From Eledone cirrhosa (Eukaryota): a stretch of DNA of 64,000 bases. Numbering within the stretch: the first letter of the stretch is position 1; every line of letters starts with the position of its first letter. The notes beneath the pieces are model-generated. The model was not told the DNA's origin and made no database searches. It worked only from the letters and a program-made list of their open reading frames with translations. Location: the NCBI GenBank assembly GCA_964016885.1, contig OZ024741.1:118792001-118856000 (forward strand), written 5' to 3'. Positions 13,493 to 27,516 of the stretch are shown here, in pieces. The position numbers and the translations under genes are program-made.

Positions 13493-14445
13493 GTTCTTCT
13501 GGTTTTATAATTTCACAAATTTTTACCAATAGAGAGAGAGTCGGTTTCTAACATAGACACAAGACTCTCTCATTGGAATATACACATCAACTAGGTAGCT
13601 AGGTATGCATGTCTGCATGCATGCATGTGTAGATATGGATGTTATTGTATGTGTGGATGTGTATGTTTTGAGTTGTATATGTGCATGTGTATATGCTTTG
13701 TATCTGTACATGTGTATATGCAGTTATTAGATGCAACATTTTTGGAATGTTTTACATATTTTTACTGTTCCATTAATGGATTGTACTTGTAATTTCCTAA
13801 CTAGTTGTGTTCTTTCTGTTCCTGTCATCCCTAGCTTCTCAAGATTTGTATTGAGGCAGTTACTAACATATCCCACTGCCCCAATAATCACAGGCATAAA
13901 TCTGAAGGTGTAATCAGGGTGGAGTATCTGCAGATTTCTCATCAGTTCTGCATAAATATTCTCCTTTTCGCTAATCTTTGATATTATATTGGCATCTGCT
14001 GGGCAGCTAATTTCCACTACTGTGCATGCTTTTTTTTCCCCTGTCCCATATCATAATATCTGGTCTGTTATGCCTGCATTTTATTGGGGTTTTTACTGGA
14101 ACATTCCACCAGTCCACTTTCATATTATGTATATATATGTCTTCCACATTGCTGTAGCTTTTAATGTGTTTATTATCGGGGCTATTTTTTCTACGGATTG
14201 AATTGTACAGTGTTTTGGCCACTACATCATGCCTCATAGGTAGATAGTACCGCGATGACATCTTTGGACAGCTGCTGATGACATGGGTGACATCTTCGAT
14301 GTTAATTCTGCAGAGTCTGCACTTGTTATCACATCTAGGTGTTTTGCCTGCATCCCTATCTCTTTTGTGAATCAGGTATTTCGTGTTAATTTCCTGTTCT
14401 TGGATTGCAAAAGCGGATTCTTCAAAGTGGGAGCCAATATAGCAG
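13493..14445 (-). mobile_element. 5'-truncated RLE-type non-LTR retrotransposon (R4/Dong-like), frameshifted
   Basis: [24 protein letters not shown] (CCHC), RHD, RPDI, EISCP, K..Y, PVIIGAVG; (TACA)n on both sides. Confidence 0.85.
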
Positions 14446-14678
14446 TATGTATGTATGCATGTATGTATGTACGTATGAATGTATGTATATATGTATACAG
14501 AGAGAGACAGACACACACTCATATACATATATATATAAATTAGTATGTATATATATATATATATTATGTATATATATATATGTATTATGTATGTATATAT
14601 ATATATAATATGTATATTATGTATAGATATATTATGTATGTATGCGTATATATACATATATATGTATATATGTATGCG

Positions 14679-14752
<74 letters not shown>

Positions 14753-14754
<2 letters not shown>

Positions 14755-14950
14755 CGAAGGAAATGTGGTAAGGAACCAGGTGGACCATAACGCACCAAAG
14801 TACTCAATACTTGAGGTAGTAGAGTGGGTAATAGGAACCAGTAAGACCCCGACAGCTGAGCTCAAGCCGTTTCGACGGCTAATTCTGGACTCAGTCCAGA
14901 ATTAGCCGTCGAAACGGCTTGAGCTCAGCTGTCGGGGTCTTACTGGTTCC
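14753..14950 (-). mobile_element. Family A fold-back element, copy 3
   Basis: Palindrome centred on ctggactcagtccag; tail; (TA)n flanks. Confidence 0.85.
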
Positions 14951-14974
14951 TATATATATATATATATATATATA

Positions 14975-15215
14975 CTAGCAGTGGTACCCGGCGTTGCTCG
15001 GGTATTAAATAGCAGTTATGTATACCATTTATGTCAATACTTCAGTGTTGCTTCGAAAACTATACTTTTACAAAATCATCGGCTTTTTTAAAAGGGGGTT
15101 CCTGCCCCCAGGGGTCCCATACTCAATATGTGCCAATTCTGTAGAATAAACGTAGCCCATGTGTCAAGTTTTGTGAAAATCGGTTGCGAACTCCAGAAGT
15201 TATGACGTTTTGTTG
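14975..15215 (-). mobile_element. Non-autonomous Helitron 3' end
   Basis: Minus strand cccgagcaacgccggg hairpin followed by ...ctgCTAG|t; same terminus as 59916. Confidence 0.7.
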
Positions 15216-15906
15216 CATTGCACTGCAGTGCTTCAGTCGACTCCAAGGAAGCGGCTGAAGGAGGTTATCTGCCGGGAGGCCATATAATCAATATCTGGAA
15301 AAATGAAAGTGCCCATGACCATCCGGAGTACATAAGTAACCTATGTCTTAAGTTTAGTGAACATACTGTAGAAATCCATAAGGTTTACACACACACACAC
15401 ACACGCGCGTGCGTGCGTGCGTGCATGCGTGTGTGTGTTTGTGTGTGTATGTATTTGTGTGTGCGTATGTATATGTGTATGTCCGTCGGCGCATACGCAT
15501 GTACTGGCCTAAATCTTCACTATTTACTTTTACTATTTTAATAACCTCTGTCATTTTCGTTTTCAATTTTATTTACATCATTCTTAAACTCCGGGGCTGG
15601 AAATCATTCGGTTATTTTAAATAGAATATTAGTCTAACGACTCCATTTATACCATAAACTTGGTCTTGTCTTTTCATGAAATTGTACTTCTCGGTCCACA
15701 TAACCACGTATTATCCTCGCTTTTTTTCCGTGCATTACCAGGGAACGTCTTCACGAACCAAAATATCGTCTTCCTGTTTTCCTTCGGTTGCAACGTTTCT
15801 CGAAATATTTACTTCTGCGTTCACAGATTAATTTTTTTAGTTTCAGAAGATCCCGTTAATGTTGAAAGCAGCGATTCTTTGGTTAAACTTTAATCTGTTC
15901 TTATAT

Positions 15907-15990
<84 letters not shown>

Positions 15991-16289
15991 TGCTTTGTAC
16001 GGCTTTTGGAGGAAGGAGTGACCAGCAGTACGTTGTTCGGTATTATTACGAAAAGGTGTAGCAGAGAATCCCGCGTAAACTTACAGCTCGGGAGGAGACT
16101 GCTTACCTCGAAGATTCATTCGCCATCGTTCTTGTCAACGCTCCGTTTACTTGGTATTTGTTGGTCTACAGATGAATGGTGCACAAAGGGTTAATGTTTA
16201 TTGGCAAGAAGTTTTTTGAATAATAAAAGACGGGTTAAAGCGACCTACAATGTATCTGTGTATATATATATGTGTGTCTGTATGTATGA

Positions 16290-16331
<42 letters not shown>

Positions 16332-16333
<2 letters not shown>

Positions 16334-16965
16334 GCTTAGATTCTTCCGCGCCGTTCGGCGCATCGAGCAGTAAATACTCGCCAACGGTCACGATCAGCGG
16401 CAACTTTTTCAAGACCGTGCCAGGTGATATTGGTTGCCATCAGGTCCTTCCGAACGTTCGTCGCCAGGTGATCCTTGGGCAACCCCACCTCCGTTTACCG
16501 CTAGGCGGAGTCCAGTTCATCGGTGTTTTCGAATGCCGTTCATTTGGCAGACGCAGAATATGGCCAGCCAGACGGCACCGACGCTCCGTGACCACTCTCT
16601 GTAGCGTCCACGACTCGGCTCTCCGCAGGATCTCCTCGTTTCGCACTCGGTCGCGCCAGGACACACGAAGGATCTTTCGCAGGCACCGCTGGTGGAAAGC
16701 GTTCAGCCGTCTCTCTATTTTTGCCGTACTCTTCCAGGTCTCGCTCGCATAAAGCACCGTCGGCAGCACGATGCTCTTGTACCTACAGACGGAGCTTGTC
16801 CTTGGTGCTAATGCATGAAGACGACCAGATTGGGCACAGCCGCTGGTAAACTGCGGCTCCTTTGCCGATGCGACAGTTGATGTCGAGCTCTGCGTCGCCG
16901 CTGCTTGTCAGGATGCTACTCAGATAGGTGAAGTTATCGACTCCCTCGAGGTCCTGTTGGAGTCA
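16332..16965 (-). mobile_element. 5'-truncated RTE-clade LINE
   Basis: PTVLYASETW...LNAFHQRCLRKIL..SWRDRVRNEE...GHILRLP...KRRWGCPRITW. Confidence 0.85.
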
Positions 16966-17384
16966 ACCAACAGGATATATATACATATACACACACATAT
17001 CTACACACACATATCTACATATATATATATGCGCGCGCGTGTGTGTGTGTGCGTGTGTGTGTGTGTGTGTGTGTATACATATATTTTTATGTGAATATTT
17101 ATATATGTGTATGTGTGTATATCTATATATGTGTATATGTGTTTGTATATATATATATAAAAACACATATACACATATATAGATATACACACATACACAT
17201 ATATAAATATACACATAAAAATATATGTATATACACACACACACACACACGCACACACACGCGCGCGCATATATATATATGTAGATATGTGTGTGTAGAT
17301 ATGTGTGTGTATATGTATATATGTGTATATATATATATATGTATATATAAGTATATATGTATATATATGTGTGTCTGTGTGTAT

Positions 17385-17454
<70 letters not shown>

Positions 17455-17460
<6 letters not shown>

Positions 17461-17752
17461 ATAGCGAAGATAAAACGTCACCAATGACGTGTTCGTCAGA
17501 ATGTCGTTATGCAGACAGCTAGACATACAGACAGATATTATAAGGGCTCGACGGAGATCGATAACCAGCGCCTAACGTCCCTTAACAACAGAAAATTGAA
17601 AAATAAAAGCTGCAGTTAGTATATTTAGACCGCAAGGAATATATAAATGGAAGTTTGAAAAGTCAATCGGAGTAGAAATGGGGATTCGTATAGACTTTGC
17701 AAAAATGAGGACACACACACACAGACAACAACAGTTTTATATATATATTAGA
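17455..17752 (-). mobile_element. Non-autonomous Helitron-like 5' fragment
   Basis: gcagacagc..acagatattataagggc and cagttttatatata..taga shared with 60530-60814. Confidence 0.5.
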
Positions 17753-18013
17753 TATATATAACGTAAATGCCATTGATTTCTATTCTCTTTTCGGCCTGCT
17801 GAATTTTGGAAACATATTTAGTTATAGATGTAAACTAGTAGTAAACATCGATATACCAGCTGTTACTCTTACATACATAAACAAATATCGATGACTACAT
17901 ATATTGATATTACATCTCAATTGATAACCCATTTACAAGCTTCAGTGGGCGGCTGTGGTTGTTGTTTTTACTAAAATATTACTTCTGTGTTGAATTTAAA
18001 AACATTCTTTTCA

Positions 18014-18437
18014 CCCTTTCGTTATCATAAATTTAATGAAAAACACTGCCTATAATTTTCAAATCATTTTGAAAGTAATCAAGAATTTGAGGGGATTTGA
18101 TGTTTGGAACATATCTTAACATTTGTTCTTATATATAATTGTTTCTACTTTAGGCACAAGGCCAGCAATTATCCAGTGCATTACTGGTACTTTTATTTTA
18201 TCTACCCCGTAAGGATGAAAGGCAAAGTCAACCTCGGCGGGATTTGAACTCAGATCGTAAAGGGACGTAACTATGCTGGAAAGCATGGCGTCCGACCCTC
18301 TACCGATACTGCCAATCCACGCCCTATATATATATAATTACGGTGGAATGTTTTTACATTAAAAAAAAAACACTATAAAATAAACAGTTTGTATTATACA
18401 AAAAGGGGCAGTTTCAAACAATGTGGTACGAAAAGGG
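18014..18437. mobile_element. piggyBac-like MITE with a nested SINE (18140-18325)
   Basis: ccctttcgtta... / ...tacgaaaaggg followed by TTAA; left TTAA degenerate. Confidence 0.5.
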
Positions 18438-18859
18438 TTAATGGTTTCAGTAAAAGCGCTTAGCTTAGGGATTAGGACGTTCGTCTGACGATCATAAGGC
18501 CATGAAATCGATCCTGGGAAGGAGAGGCTTGTTGTGTTCTTGAGCAAGACTTTATTTCACGTTGCTTTTCATGATAGAACGGAAGTCACAATCATTAAAA
18601 TACTCGAGAAACCTTCCATGACATACAACGTCGGATGAGGTCAGCTAGACCTGCATAGGTGAGAGCTATAAATTTCATTCCAGTTTCATTTCTGTCGTTT
18701 TGAACAGCGGTTATGTTGAAGCACCACCTTTAAAAGATTTAGTAAACCATATTTTCGTATATATATCAATATAATACATATAGCAATCTACATTTGTAGA
18801 ACTGCTAAGTTACCGGACAGCTTCTAATATAGAGATACCCCGTTTGTATACGCAAAGAC

Positions 18860-19007
<148 letters not shown>

Positions 19008-19223
19008 CAAGTAAGAATATTTTCGAAACAGCGAGTGGGTTTGAAATTATTAGAAATGTTAGCTATCGCCGTATTTTGACTAAAGAAATTAAAGAAACTA
19101 TTTAGCCTGATAGTGGGATTAAGAACCCTCGGGGAAATGGAAAAAGATTAGTATTGACGTACATGGGAGTCGAACCCACATCTTTGGTTATATATATGTA
19201 TATATATATATATGTATGTATAT

Positions 19224-19283
19224 GAGTCTGGAATTAGCTACCGAAACGGCAAGATCTCAGCAGTCGGGCCCCGACTCTTTCTA
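19224..19283 (+). mobile_element. Family A fragment, copy 4
   Basis: gaattagctaccgaaacggcaagatctcagcagtcgggc within (TA)n. Confidence 0.55.
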
Positions 19284-19748
19284 AGGTATATATGTATATA
19301 TGCATGCATATACCAATTTAGTATGTCAGTATATGCGTATATATATATATATACGCACACACACACACAGAAACCGTTAGGTACATCATATGCTTACTGG
19401 TAGAGGAACTGCTATCACCACGTTCCTAAATACGGTAGTTTATCAAAATCAAAAATGTTACAACTTAACACCTGTCCGGTGAAAACAGGTCAAAGAGTTA
19501 TTATGCAATCATTTGATGTCTTTAAAATACGTATAACAGGATCATATAATAAACAGAGGGTGTATACTTAAAACCGTCTCTCTTCTTTATATTGACACTT
19601 CTTCTGATACCTTATAGATAATACTTTAAGGAACCCAAGTTGTGGAGTGCTTTAAGTCTGTTTACACTATAGTCGGTCAATTAATTGAGCAACCAATGTT
19701 TCTTTACTTGAATAATTTATGTATGTATATGTATACTTATATGTATGC

Positions 19749-19830
<82 letters not shown>

Positions 19831-20604
19831 TTATTTATTTATATATATGTATATATATATGAGTGTGTGTGTGTGTGTGGGGGGGGGTGTAATATATATA
19901 TTTATAGTCTTATGTATGAATGTGTGTGAGTCCACGTGCGTATGTCTTAATGTTTGGTGTCATTAATGTCACCTTTATTTTCTCTTGAATATCGTTAACG
20001 ACTCTACAACAAGAATTTATATAAGGACAAATCCTTGAAATGCTATAAACCTTAGGATGTATGATGCTTAAATGTCTTTTCCATTCCAGTTAACATAGTT
20101 GCCTGATGATACTTAACACTTCGCTATTTCCTATAACAATGAGACTGGCCCAGAAATACAATCTATTAGACTGTCGAGAACCACTTCTTGGTTGATGCCA
20201 CACAGTTTCAGACTTAACTACTACAGAGGAATAAAACATTAGTTTATTGTACACCCATAATAGTTGTAAGTTGTAAGATTTATGGGATATAGATGAGATG
20301 AGGTTAAATATCTTTTGTATCTAATGAATCACATACGAAGCGTCAGATAAATATGAATATGAAATTTGAAAGTATGATTCGGCTCTGCAAAGTTACCACA
20401 ACGTATATTAACTATGAAGATAGCTGAATAAAGCGAATAAATAACCCCTGGAGACTGAAAAAAGAAAGAATAGATAACGCCCTCGAGAATTGAACCACGC
20501 ATCTACCTTAGTAACCGCTACCGTGTATTTGGAGCAACCACTATAGTAGTTACCACAGACGTCTGTAATATGGCAGATACACGGTTTGATTCCTGTTGGT
20601 GTAG

Positions 20605-20795
20605 GGCGATGGATTGGCAGTATAAGTAGAGAGTCGAACGCCATGCTCTGCAGCATAGAGTAATGTCCTTTTACGGTCTGTGTTCAAATTCTGCCGAGGT
20701 TAACTTTGCCTTTCATCCTTATGGGGTTGATAAAATAAAGTACCAGTAATGCACTGTGATAATTGCTGGCCTTGTGCCAAAAATAGGAACAGTTA
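20605..20795 (+). mobile_element. tRNA/Nin-like SINE
   Basis: attggcagtat...gttcaaattctgccgaggttaactttgcctttcatcc. Confidence 0.75.
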
Positions 20796-21344
20796 TTTGT
20801 TTGATGTTTTTGCGTTTCCAGAGACTATTTGCCCGACTCAACGATGTGGTAGCTTTACAAAGTAAAATATACGTTCAAATTTGTTCTATCTGTGTGGCGT
20901 TTATTGACCAGGATAATGTAGTGAAAAAAGCTGAAGCTAGAAGAAAATCAATAAATAAAATAAACTGACACAGTTAAGTAACGAAATATTCTGTTCGACG
21001 TAATTATATTTTGGGCTTTTTGATTTCACGAATAATGCCACCACCAATGGACCGGACTTTCGCCTGTTGAGGCCTCAAGCTATATGAAATTTGAGGCTAT
21101 ATGAAATTTCAGGTAAAAAAATGTTAAATGATTATACATGATTATTATTATTTTTCATATTAATGTTAATGATAAAGAATAAATTATATAGGGTGACCTT
21201 GAGCTAATCTACGAAACGCGCATAATTCGACACGAAAAAATAACTTTTTTCTTAATATATACACATGCCTGTGCATCGAGTACTTATTTTAGTACCACCA
21301 ACAGTAATTCACTAAACTACATGCACTACACACACACACACACG

Positions 21345-21375
<31 letters not shown>

Positions 21376-21382
21376 GTGTGTA

Positions 21383-21570
21383 TGTAAAAGGTAAACAGAA
21401 ATAACAACTCAATCGGTACAGTATATGGAAGGGATATATATGAGGTTAACGCTTGATCTAGCAGGAAGAGAGTTTTAACGTTTCGGACGCTAGTCCTTCA
21501 TCAGAAGAAAGAATGCGAAATAAGATAGATTGAGGGGACGGGGAGGTTGGAATTGGAAAAAATGTCTTTA
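21383..21570 (-). mobile_element. PLE-like pLTR fragment with hammerhead-like motif
   Basis: Minus strand CTGATGA-a-ggac-tagc-gtcc-GAAA-cgtt...agcgtt; tail repeated at 27582-27652. Confidence 0.6.
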
Positions 21571-21590
21571 GTATATATATATATATATAT

Positions 21591-22002
21591 AGAATATTTT
21601 CGTATCGTGAGAGAGTAGAGGTTTAAAGGGATAAGCGATACATATAGTTAATTGCCAAAAGCTGGTGCATTTGTGCTCAATACTTGTGCCTACAGGGTTA
21701 AATATCGGAAGCGTTAATATTTAGCGGGTGAGAATATAAGCAGAGCGGTTACAAATGAAAGGATTACAAAGGAGAATACATACTGTCAGAACATGTTTAT
21801 ACACAAGCACCTACGTACGTTTCGCCCGAACAAGGCTTCTCAAGGGCATACAAGTCTAGAGAGTGTTCAGTACAGGGTTCTGTACTTAACACTCTCTAGA
21901 CTTGTATGCCCTTGAGAAGCCTTGTTCGGGCGAAACGTACGTAGGTGCTTGTGTATAAACATGTTCTAACAGTATGTATTCTCCTTTGTAATCCTTTCAT
22001 TT
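21591..22002. mobile_element. Fold-back element (arms 21753-21875 and 21880-22002) with hammerhead
   Basis: ~123-bp near-perfect inverted repeat plus one-sided extension, (TA)n flanks. Confidence 0.85.
21908..21948 (+). ncRNA. Minimal type I hammerhead ribozyme, U3-A8 core
   Basis: GCCC-UUGAGAA-GCCU[UGUUC]GGGC-GAAA-C[GUAC]G-UA^-GGUGC; palindromic stem III tetraloop; stem I imperfect. Confidence 0.65.
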
Positions 22003-22240
22003 ATATATATATATATCAGATCAGAGCAAACAGTACGGACACTCTATCTCAAAATTATTTTTGAAAAGCATTTAGAAATGCGCAACCGGTAAAAACTTAA
22101 AAACTTAAAACCACAACTGAATACTACCCCATACAATCACTAATACTCTTTTATTCCTAATTAAACCATTTTTCAACTGTGAACAATTTGTCAGCATTTT
22201 CTATTCCGTTTACCAATATATATATATATATATATATATG

Positions 22241-23031
<791 letters not shown>

Positions 23032-23051
23032 TTGTGTCTGTGTGTGTATAA

Positions 23052-23350
23052 AACAATGCTGTTGAAGACAGCGATGGGCAAAAATACCTCAGAGGACAGA
23101 GACGAGAGGCCAGTGGTCGATAGAGAGACAATCCATAAGGTGGGTGACAGGCAGATGATATAAATTCTTTATTTCCATCTTCCAGACACTTCTGTGCGCC
23201 AGCACACTTCTTGTCAACTTCCCTTTTTCAATCTTTCCTATATTTCATCTGCATGTCCTCCTCCTTGTGAATTGTCTCTCTGTCGACCACTGGCTGCTGG
23301 TCTCTGTCCTCTCATCAATTTTTGCCCATCACTGTCTTTGACAGCTTTTA
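23052..23350. mobile_element. Imperfect inverted-repeat (MITE-like) element
   Basis: gacagcgatgggcaaaaat...ccagtggtcga..gagagacaat versus attgtctctc.gtcgaccactgg...atttttgcccatcactgtc. Confidence 0.55.
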
Positions 23351-23559
23351 GATGTTTTAACGGCTGTTCTAGCGATGATGTTCCTCATTTTTATGTATAA
23401 CCGCATATAATCCTGAACTTACCACTAATAACTAAATGTGTGCACTCTGAATCACGAACTGGCGCTTCGGAAGTGCAAGTCCCGTGAAATCATTGAGCGA
23501 GTGGCAAGGTTCAACGTACTAACACAAACCCAGTTTGTCTAGTTCGATATACTTATATG

Positions 23560-23630
<71 letters not shown>

Positions 23631-23647
23631 ATATATATATATATATA

Positions 23648-24052
23648 TGATGGGCTCTCCCGTCGATATTCGACGTATGAGTGTCCAACAAAAGTTAAAT
23701 GTGATAAAGAGAACTGATGTTGAAATACCCACACAAAGTTTTGTTTTAAATGGTGAAGGCTTGTGTAGGACCAACCACACTTTTGGGAACTGACGACATC
23801 TTCGGTGCAAATGTTTGCCACGGAAAATACGACAGCCCTCAAAAAAAAAGAAATACTATTTGGATGGCCGTTGTCTCTGCTGAGTTCCTCCGCCCTTTGC
23901 TGGGTCTTGTATTTCATCCTGCAGGGTGTCCAAATATCACCCTCCTCACCAAGCAAGCTTGGTGGGGCTGCCGGTTTAATCGCCGACGACCAGACCATGA
24001 GACAGGTTATACTGGGTTACTTGTTACCAGTAGCACTCGAGAGCGACCTGAC
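23648..24052 (-). mobile_element. Short non-autonomous RTE derivative
   Basis: 5' ~140 nt homologous to 44572-44710; 3' stem-loop terminus cgtcgaatatcgacgg..gcccatca then (TA)n. Confidence 0.65.
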
Positions 24053-24791
24053 ATATATATAACTTTTGAGGATTTACTATTAAAGAATAAAAACTAATGA
24101 TAAAATAAAAATGCGTTTTCAAAATGAAGGGTGTGAACCTTAGCTATATCTTATAGGTCAATTCAGCACTGACCAGCAGCCATATTTAAACACCAATAAA
24201 TACGGTTAATTTATGCATTCAACATTTTTCTGTTTATCTATTTCAGACTGAACTATTTATGACGAATCAAATCTTGGTTGACAGTATATTTATAGTAGTC
24301 GTAAGTTGTAAAGTTCATGAGAGATAGATGTGACAAGAAGTTGAATATCCATTGTACCTATTATTGGCCAGTGTTAGGAAATGAAAACAGCTAAAACCAG
24401 ATAAAACAACCGGCACAATTAGGTTACGACCTCTGTTCATTGTAAGAATATTTATGCCCCTTCAATATTTGAACACCAATAGATGTGGCTAAGTAGTTGG
24501 TTCAACTAGAGCAGGCGCTACCTTTAAGTTCAACTTGGTAACCACATAGAGCACAGACTTCAAATAGATGTATTACTGAACTTTAAATGATCACAGTTTT
24601 ATACAAATTTGTATAATTAAATCAAATATATAATAATTACCTGTGATCAATAAATGAATCAAGGCTGTAGAAATATCCACAGCACTAGAGAAGGGCGTAT
24701 ATTATGACCTGTCACGTGATTCAGCATGGGTGGGTGTGGAGTCTTTAGATGGGGAGATTTTACTGCTCTTTCTAGCACACAGTTACTCTCG

Positions 24792-25963
24792 TCTATAAAC
24801 TATACTATGGTAAGGACCGTGTCTGTTTGTCCGTCCGTTCGTCCGCTGTCTATATATATAGAGGGAAATATTACTCCACCCCCTCTCTTTAACTAACTAA
24901 AGCGTAACATGCGAACAAACGAAAAGAATACGGAGTTTTTTGTTGTTATTTGTGTGTGTGTGTGCATGCGTGTGTGTGCGTGTGTGTGCGTGCACGTGTG
25001 TGTGTTTCTCTCTTTCTTTGTATATTTCTGTATGTTCTTCTGTATGTCCAACACTGCAGCACAGACTTTAAAAAAAGACTTTCACTATAATGATAGGTGA
25101 TTGTTGTTATTCAGAGAGAAATACAGTGAGAGACAGAGAACGGAGTCCACCATTCCAATGAGGAGTGGCTGGGTGAAAGAGTAATCTTTGCTTCCCAAAA
25201 CATCACAATGAATGCCATCAACAAAAATGTCTTCCAAATGATCCATGTCCTATAAATCTATCGACAAAGTTGTCGACGAGGACGAAGCTGTTCATTATCC
25301 CGTTGAATTTCTCAACAGTCTAAAACCTTCTGGTATGCTGCTACACAACCTTGAATTGAAGACAGGCAGTCATCATGCTTCTCAGAAGACTGGATCAGCC
25401 ATGGTTATGTAATCGGATACGTATAGTTGTGACTGAACTACAGCATCACATTATCGAAACCAAAATCTTCACTGAATGTGGTAAGGGAGACATCGTATTT
25501 ATAACTACAATACTGCTAATACCAACAGATGTCCCTTTTCCTTTCAAACGATTACAATTCCCAGTGAGAGTCAGTTATGAAGTGGCTCTTAACACTGAAG
25601 GTTGCCGAACTCCATCTAGAAGAGGGCTGTTTCTCACATTGCATGTAGGTTGTTCCAGAATAAGAAGCCCCCACAAACTCTTTATATATGCTCCAAAGAA
25701 AAAAAGATAAAAATATTCTATATACTGTAGTTAGGTAAATGTTTTATATAGTTTGTAGAAGACATTTTTCTATTATTTTCTATATTACTTTCTGTATTTA
25801 GATATTCTAAATAAAATTTTAACATTATGTTATGCAATATTTAAATATCTTCTAATATCTTTTATTTTAAGGAAAATGAGCATTACGATAGATGCCAATA
25901 GATTGTGATGTCAAATGATTTGTGTACTGAACAGAAAGGCAAAGGACGGGTGGGGGCAGCTAG
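24792..25963 (+). mobile_element. Deleted Helitron with PIF1-like helicase remnant
   Basis: [40 protein letters not shown]...LCN, KRLQFPV; 5' TC and 3' ...cagCTAG|t. Confidence 0.85.
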
Positions 25964-26239
25964 TATAATTTATAATATACTCTACTTTGGCATTGAATAC
26001 TTTTTCCACGTGTTTGTAAATCCAAATACACACACACACAGACGCGCGCGCGCGCGCACAACACACGCGCGCACATATGATATACAAATATCATTGCCCA
26101 CACATAGTCATTTATCTTACCGATTAGCGTATATGTGTACTCTGATCTATGGTTTAGTATTTCTAAATTACAAATTATATTATACATCGAATAAGTGACG
26201 GCCAGAGCTGTACCGATTCCCTTCAACTAGGTTCGTAAA

Positions 26240-26295
<56 letters not shown>

Positions 26296-26464
26296 TGTGT
26301 AAAATCCCGACTGCAGCGCCAAGCGGTTTCGCCTTGTGACACAAGTCGTAACCACTTGGCGCCAATGTCGGGATTTTACATATCTCTAAACCCACTCTAC
26401 ATCTCACCACAAATCGAGTACTCACATGATTATTCACAGTATACCCCCCAGTCTCAGCATCGCA

Positions 26465-26468
<4 letters not shown>
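26296..26468 (+). mobile_element. Diverged relative of family A (fold-back plus tail)
   Basis: aaatcccgac..gcgccaagcggtttcg / ...cttggcgc..gtcgggattt; tail acccactctac..cgagtactc. Confidence 0.6.
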
Positions 26469-26534
<66 letters not shown>

Positions 26535-26536
<2 letters not shown>

Positions 26537-26777
26537 CGAAGGAATTGTGGTAAGGAACCAGATGGACTATAAAGCACCAGAGTACTCAATACTTAGGGTA
26601 GTAGAGTGGGTAATAGGAAAAAGTATGACCCCGACGGCAACTACAACTACAATCTTCCCATATAAGGAAGTACCCCTTGACAAGTTCGGCTATTTATTCA
26701 CCAGGCTAAAAATTCTAATTTAGTCCAGAAATAGCCGTCGAAACAGCTTGAGCTCTGCCGTCGGGGTCATACTTTTT

Positions 26778-26779
<2 letters not shown>
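26535..26779. mobile_element. Family A copy 6, retaining the full ribozyme region
   Basis: Short inverted arm with tail, then a longer sense segment; (TA)n flanks. Confidence 0.8.
26672..26767 (+). ncRNA. Type I hammerhead ribozyme of family A (U3-A8 core, long stem II)
   Basis: ACCCC-UUGACAA-(CGGCUAUUU...AAAUAGCCG)-GAAA-stem III (family consensus CGGCU[UGAGCUC]AGCCG)-UC^-GGGGU; predicted cut after 26762. Confidence 0.75.
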
Positions 26780-26838
<59 letters not shown>

Positions 26839-27029
26839 AAATAGTAAAAAGAAAAAAAATACAGTAGAAAATGCTGGAGTGATTTTTATCAGTATAATAT
26901 CAAACCATTTATATATATATCCAGGGAGTGTAGCGTAAATTACTGTAGGTTCACCCAGGTGAGCACTCGGTGTTTAGGTTCACGCCAGTGGCAAGGTGTA
27001 AAGCTAAACAGAGTGTAATATAATAATAC

Positions 27030-27210
27030 AGAGATTGGCAGTATCGGTAGAGAGTCGGACGCCATGCTTTGTAGCAAAGAGTTACGGCCCTTTATGATCT
27101 GATTTGAAATCCCGCCGAGGTTAACTTTGCCTTGCATCCTCATGGGGTCGATTTAATCGACTTTCCCTTCCCCCAAAATCACTGGCCTTGTGCCTATATA
27201 AGAAACCAAT
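27030..27210 (+). mobile_element. tRNA/Nin-like SINE
   Basis: attggcagtatcggtag...ccgccgaggttaactttgcc..catcc..ggggtcga. Confidence 0.7.
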
Positions 27211-27213
27211 ATA

Positions 27214-27516
27214 ATAATACAGGGACGATTTGTTAAGCCTTCATTACGTTTATTGATTGGTGAGGCGCGTTTCGCTATTGATCAGCTCAAGGTTCGATCT
27301 GTATCGATCTGGCCCGACTTTGGAATCAAAAGCTCGTCGAACCTCTGATGTTGTAATGACAGAATGAACGCGGTTTTTGATTCCAGAGTCGGGGCAGATC
27401 GTTGCAGATCAATACAGATCGTTGCAGATCAATACAGATTGAACCTTGAGCTGATCAATAGCGAAACGTGCGTCACCAATCAATAAACGTAATGAAGGCT
27501 TAACAAATCATCCTTG

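Noticed and set aside
15996-16249. Solo LTR (TGT...AATAAA...ACA)
   Set aside because: No TSD and no second copy in the window
23052-23350. Member of the hammerhead fold-back group
   Set aside because: Inverted repeat present, but no core or GAAA-stem III motif found on either strand
24641-24664. 24-nt minus-strand microexon (ctacag|...|gtaatt)
   Set aside because: Such signals arise by chance in AT-rich DNA; no supporting neighbours
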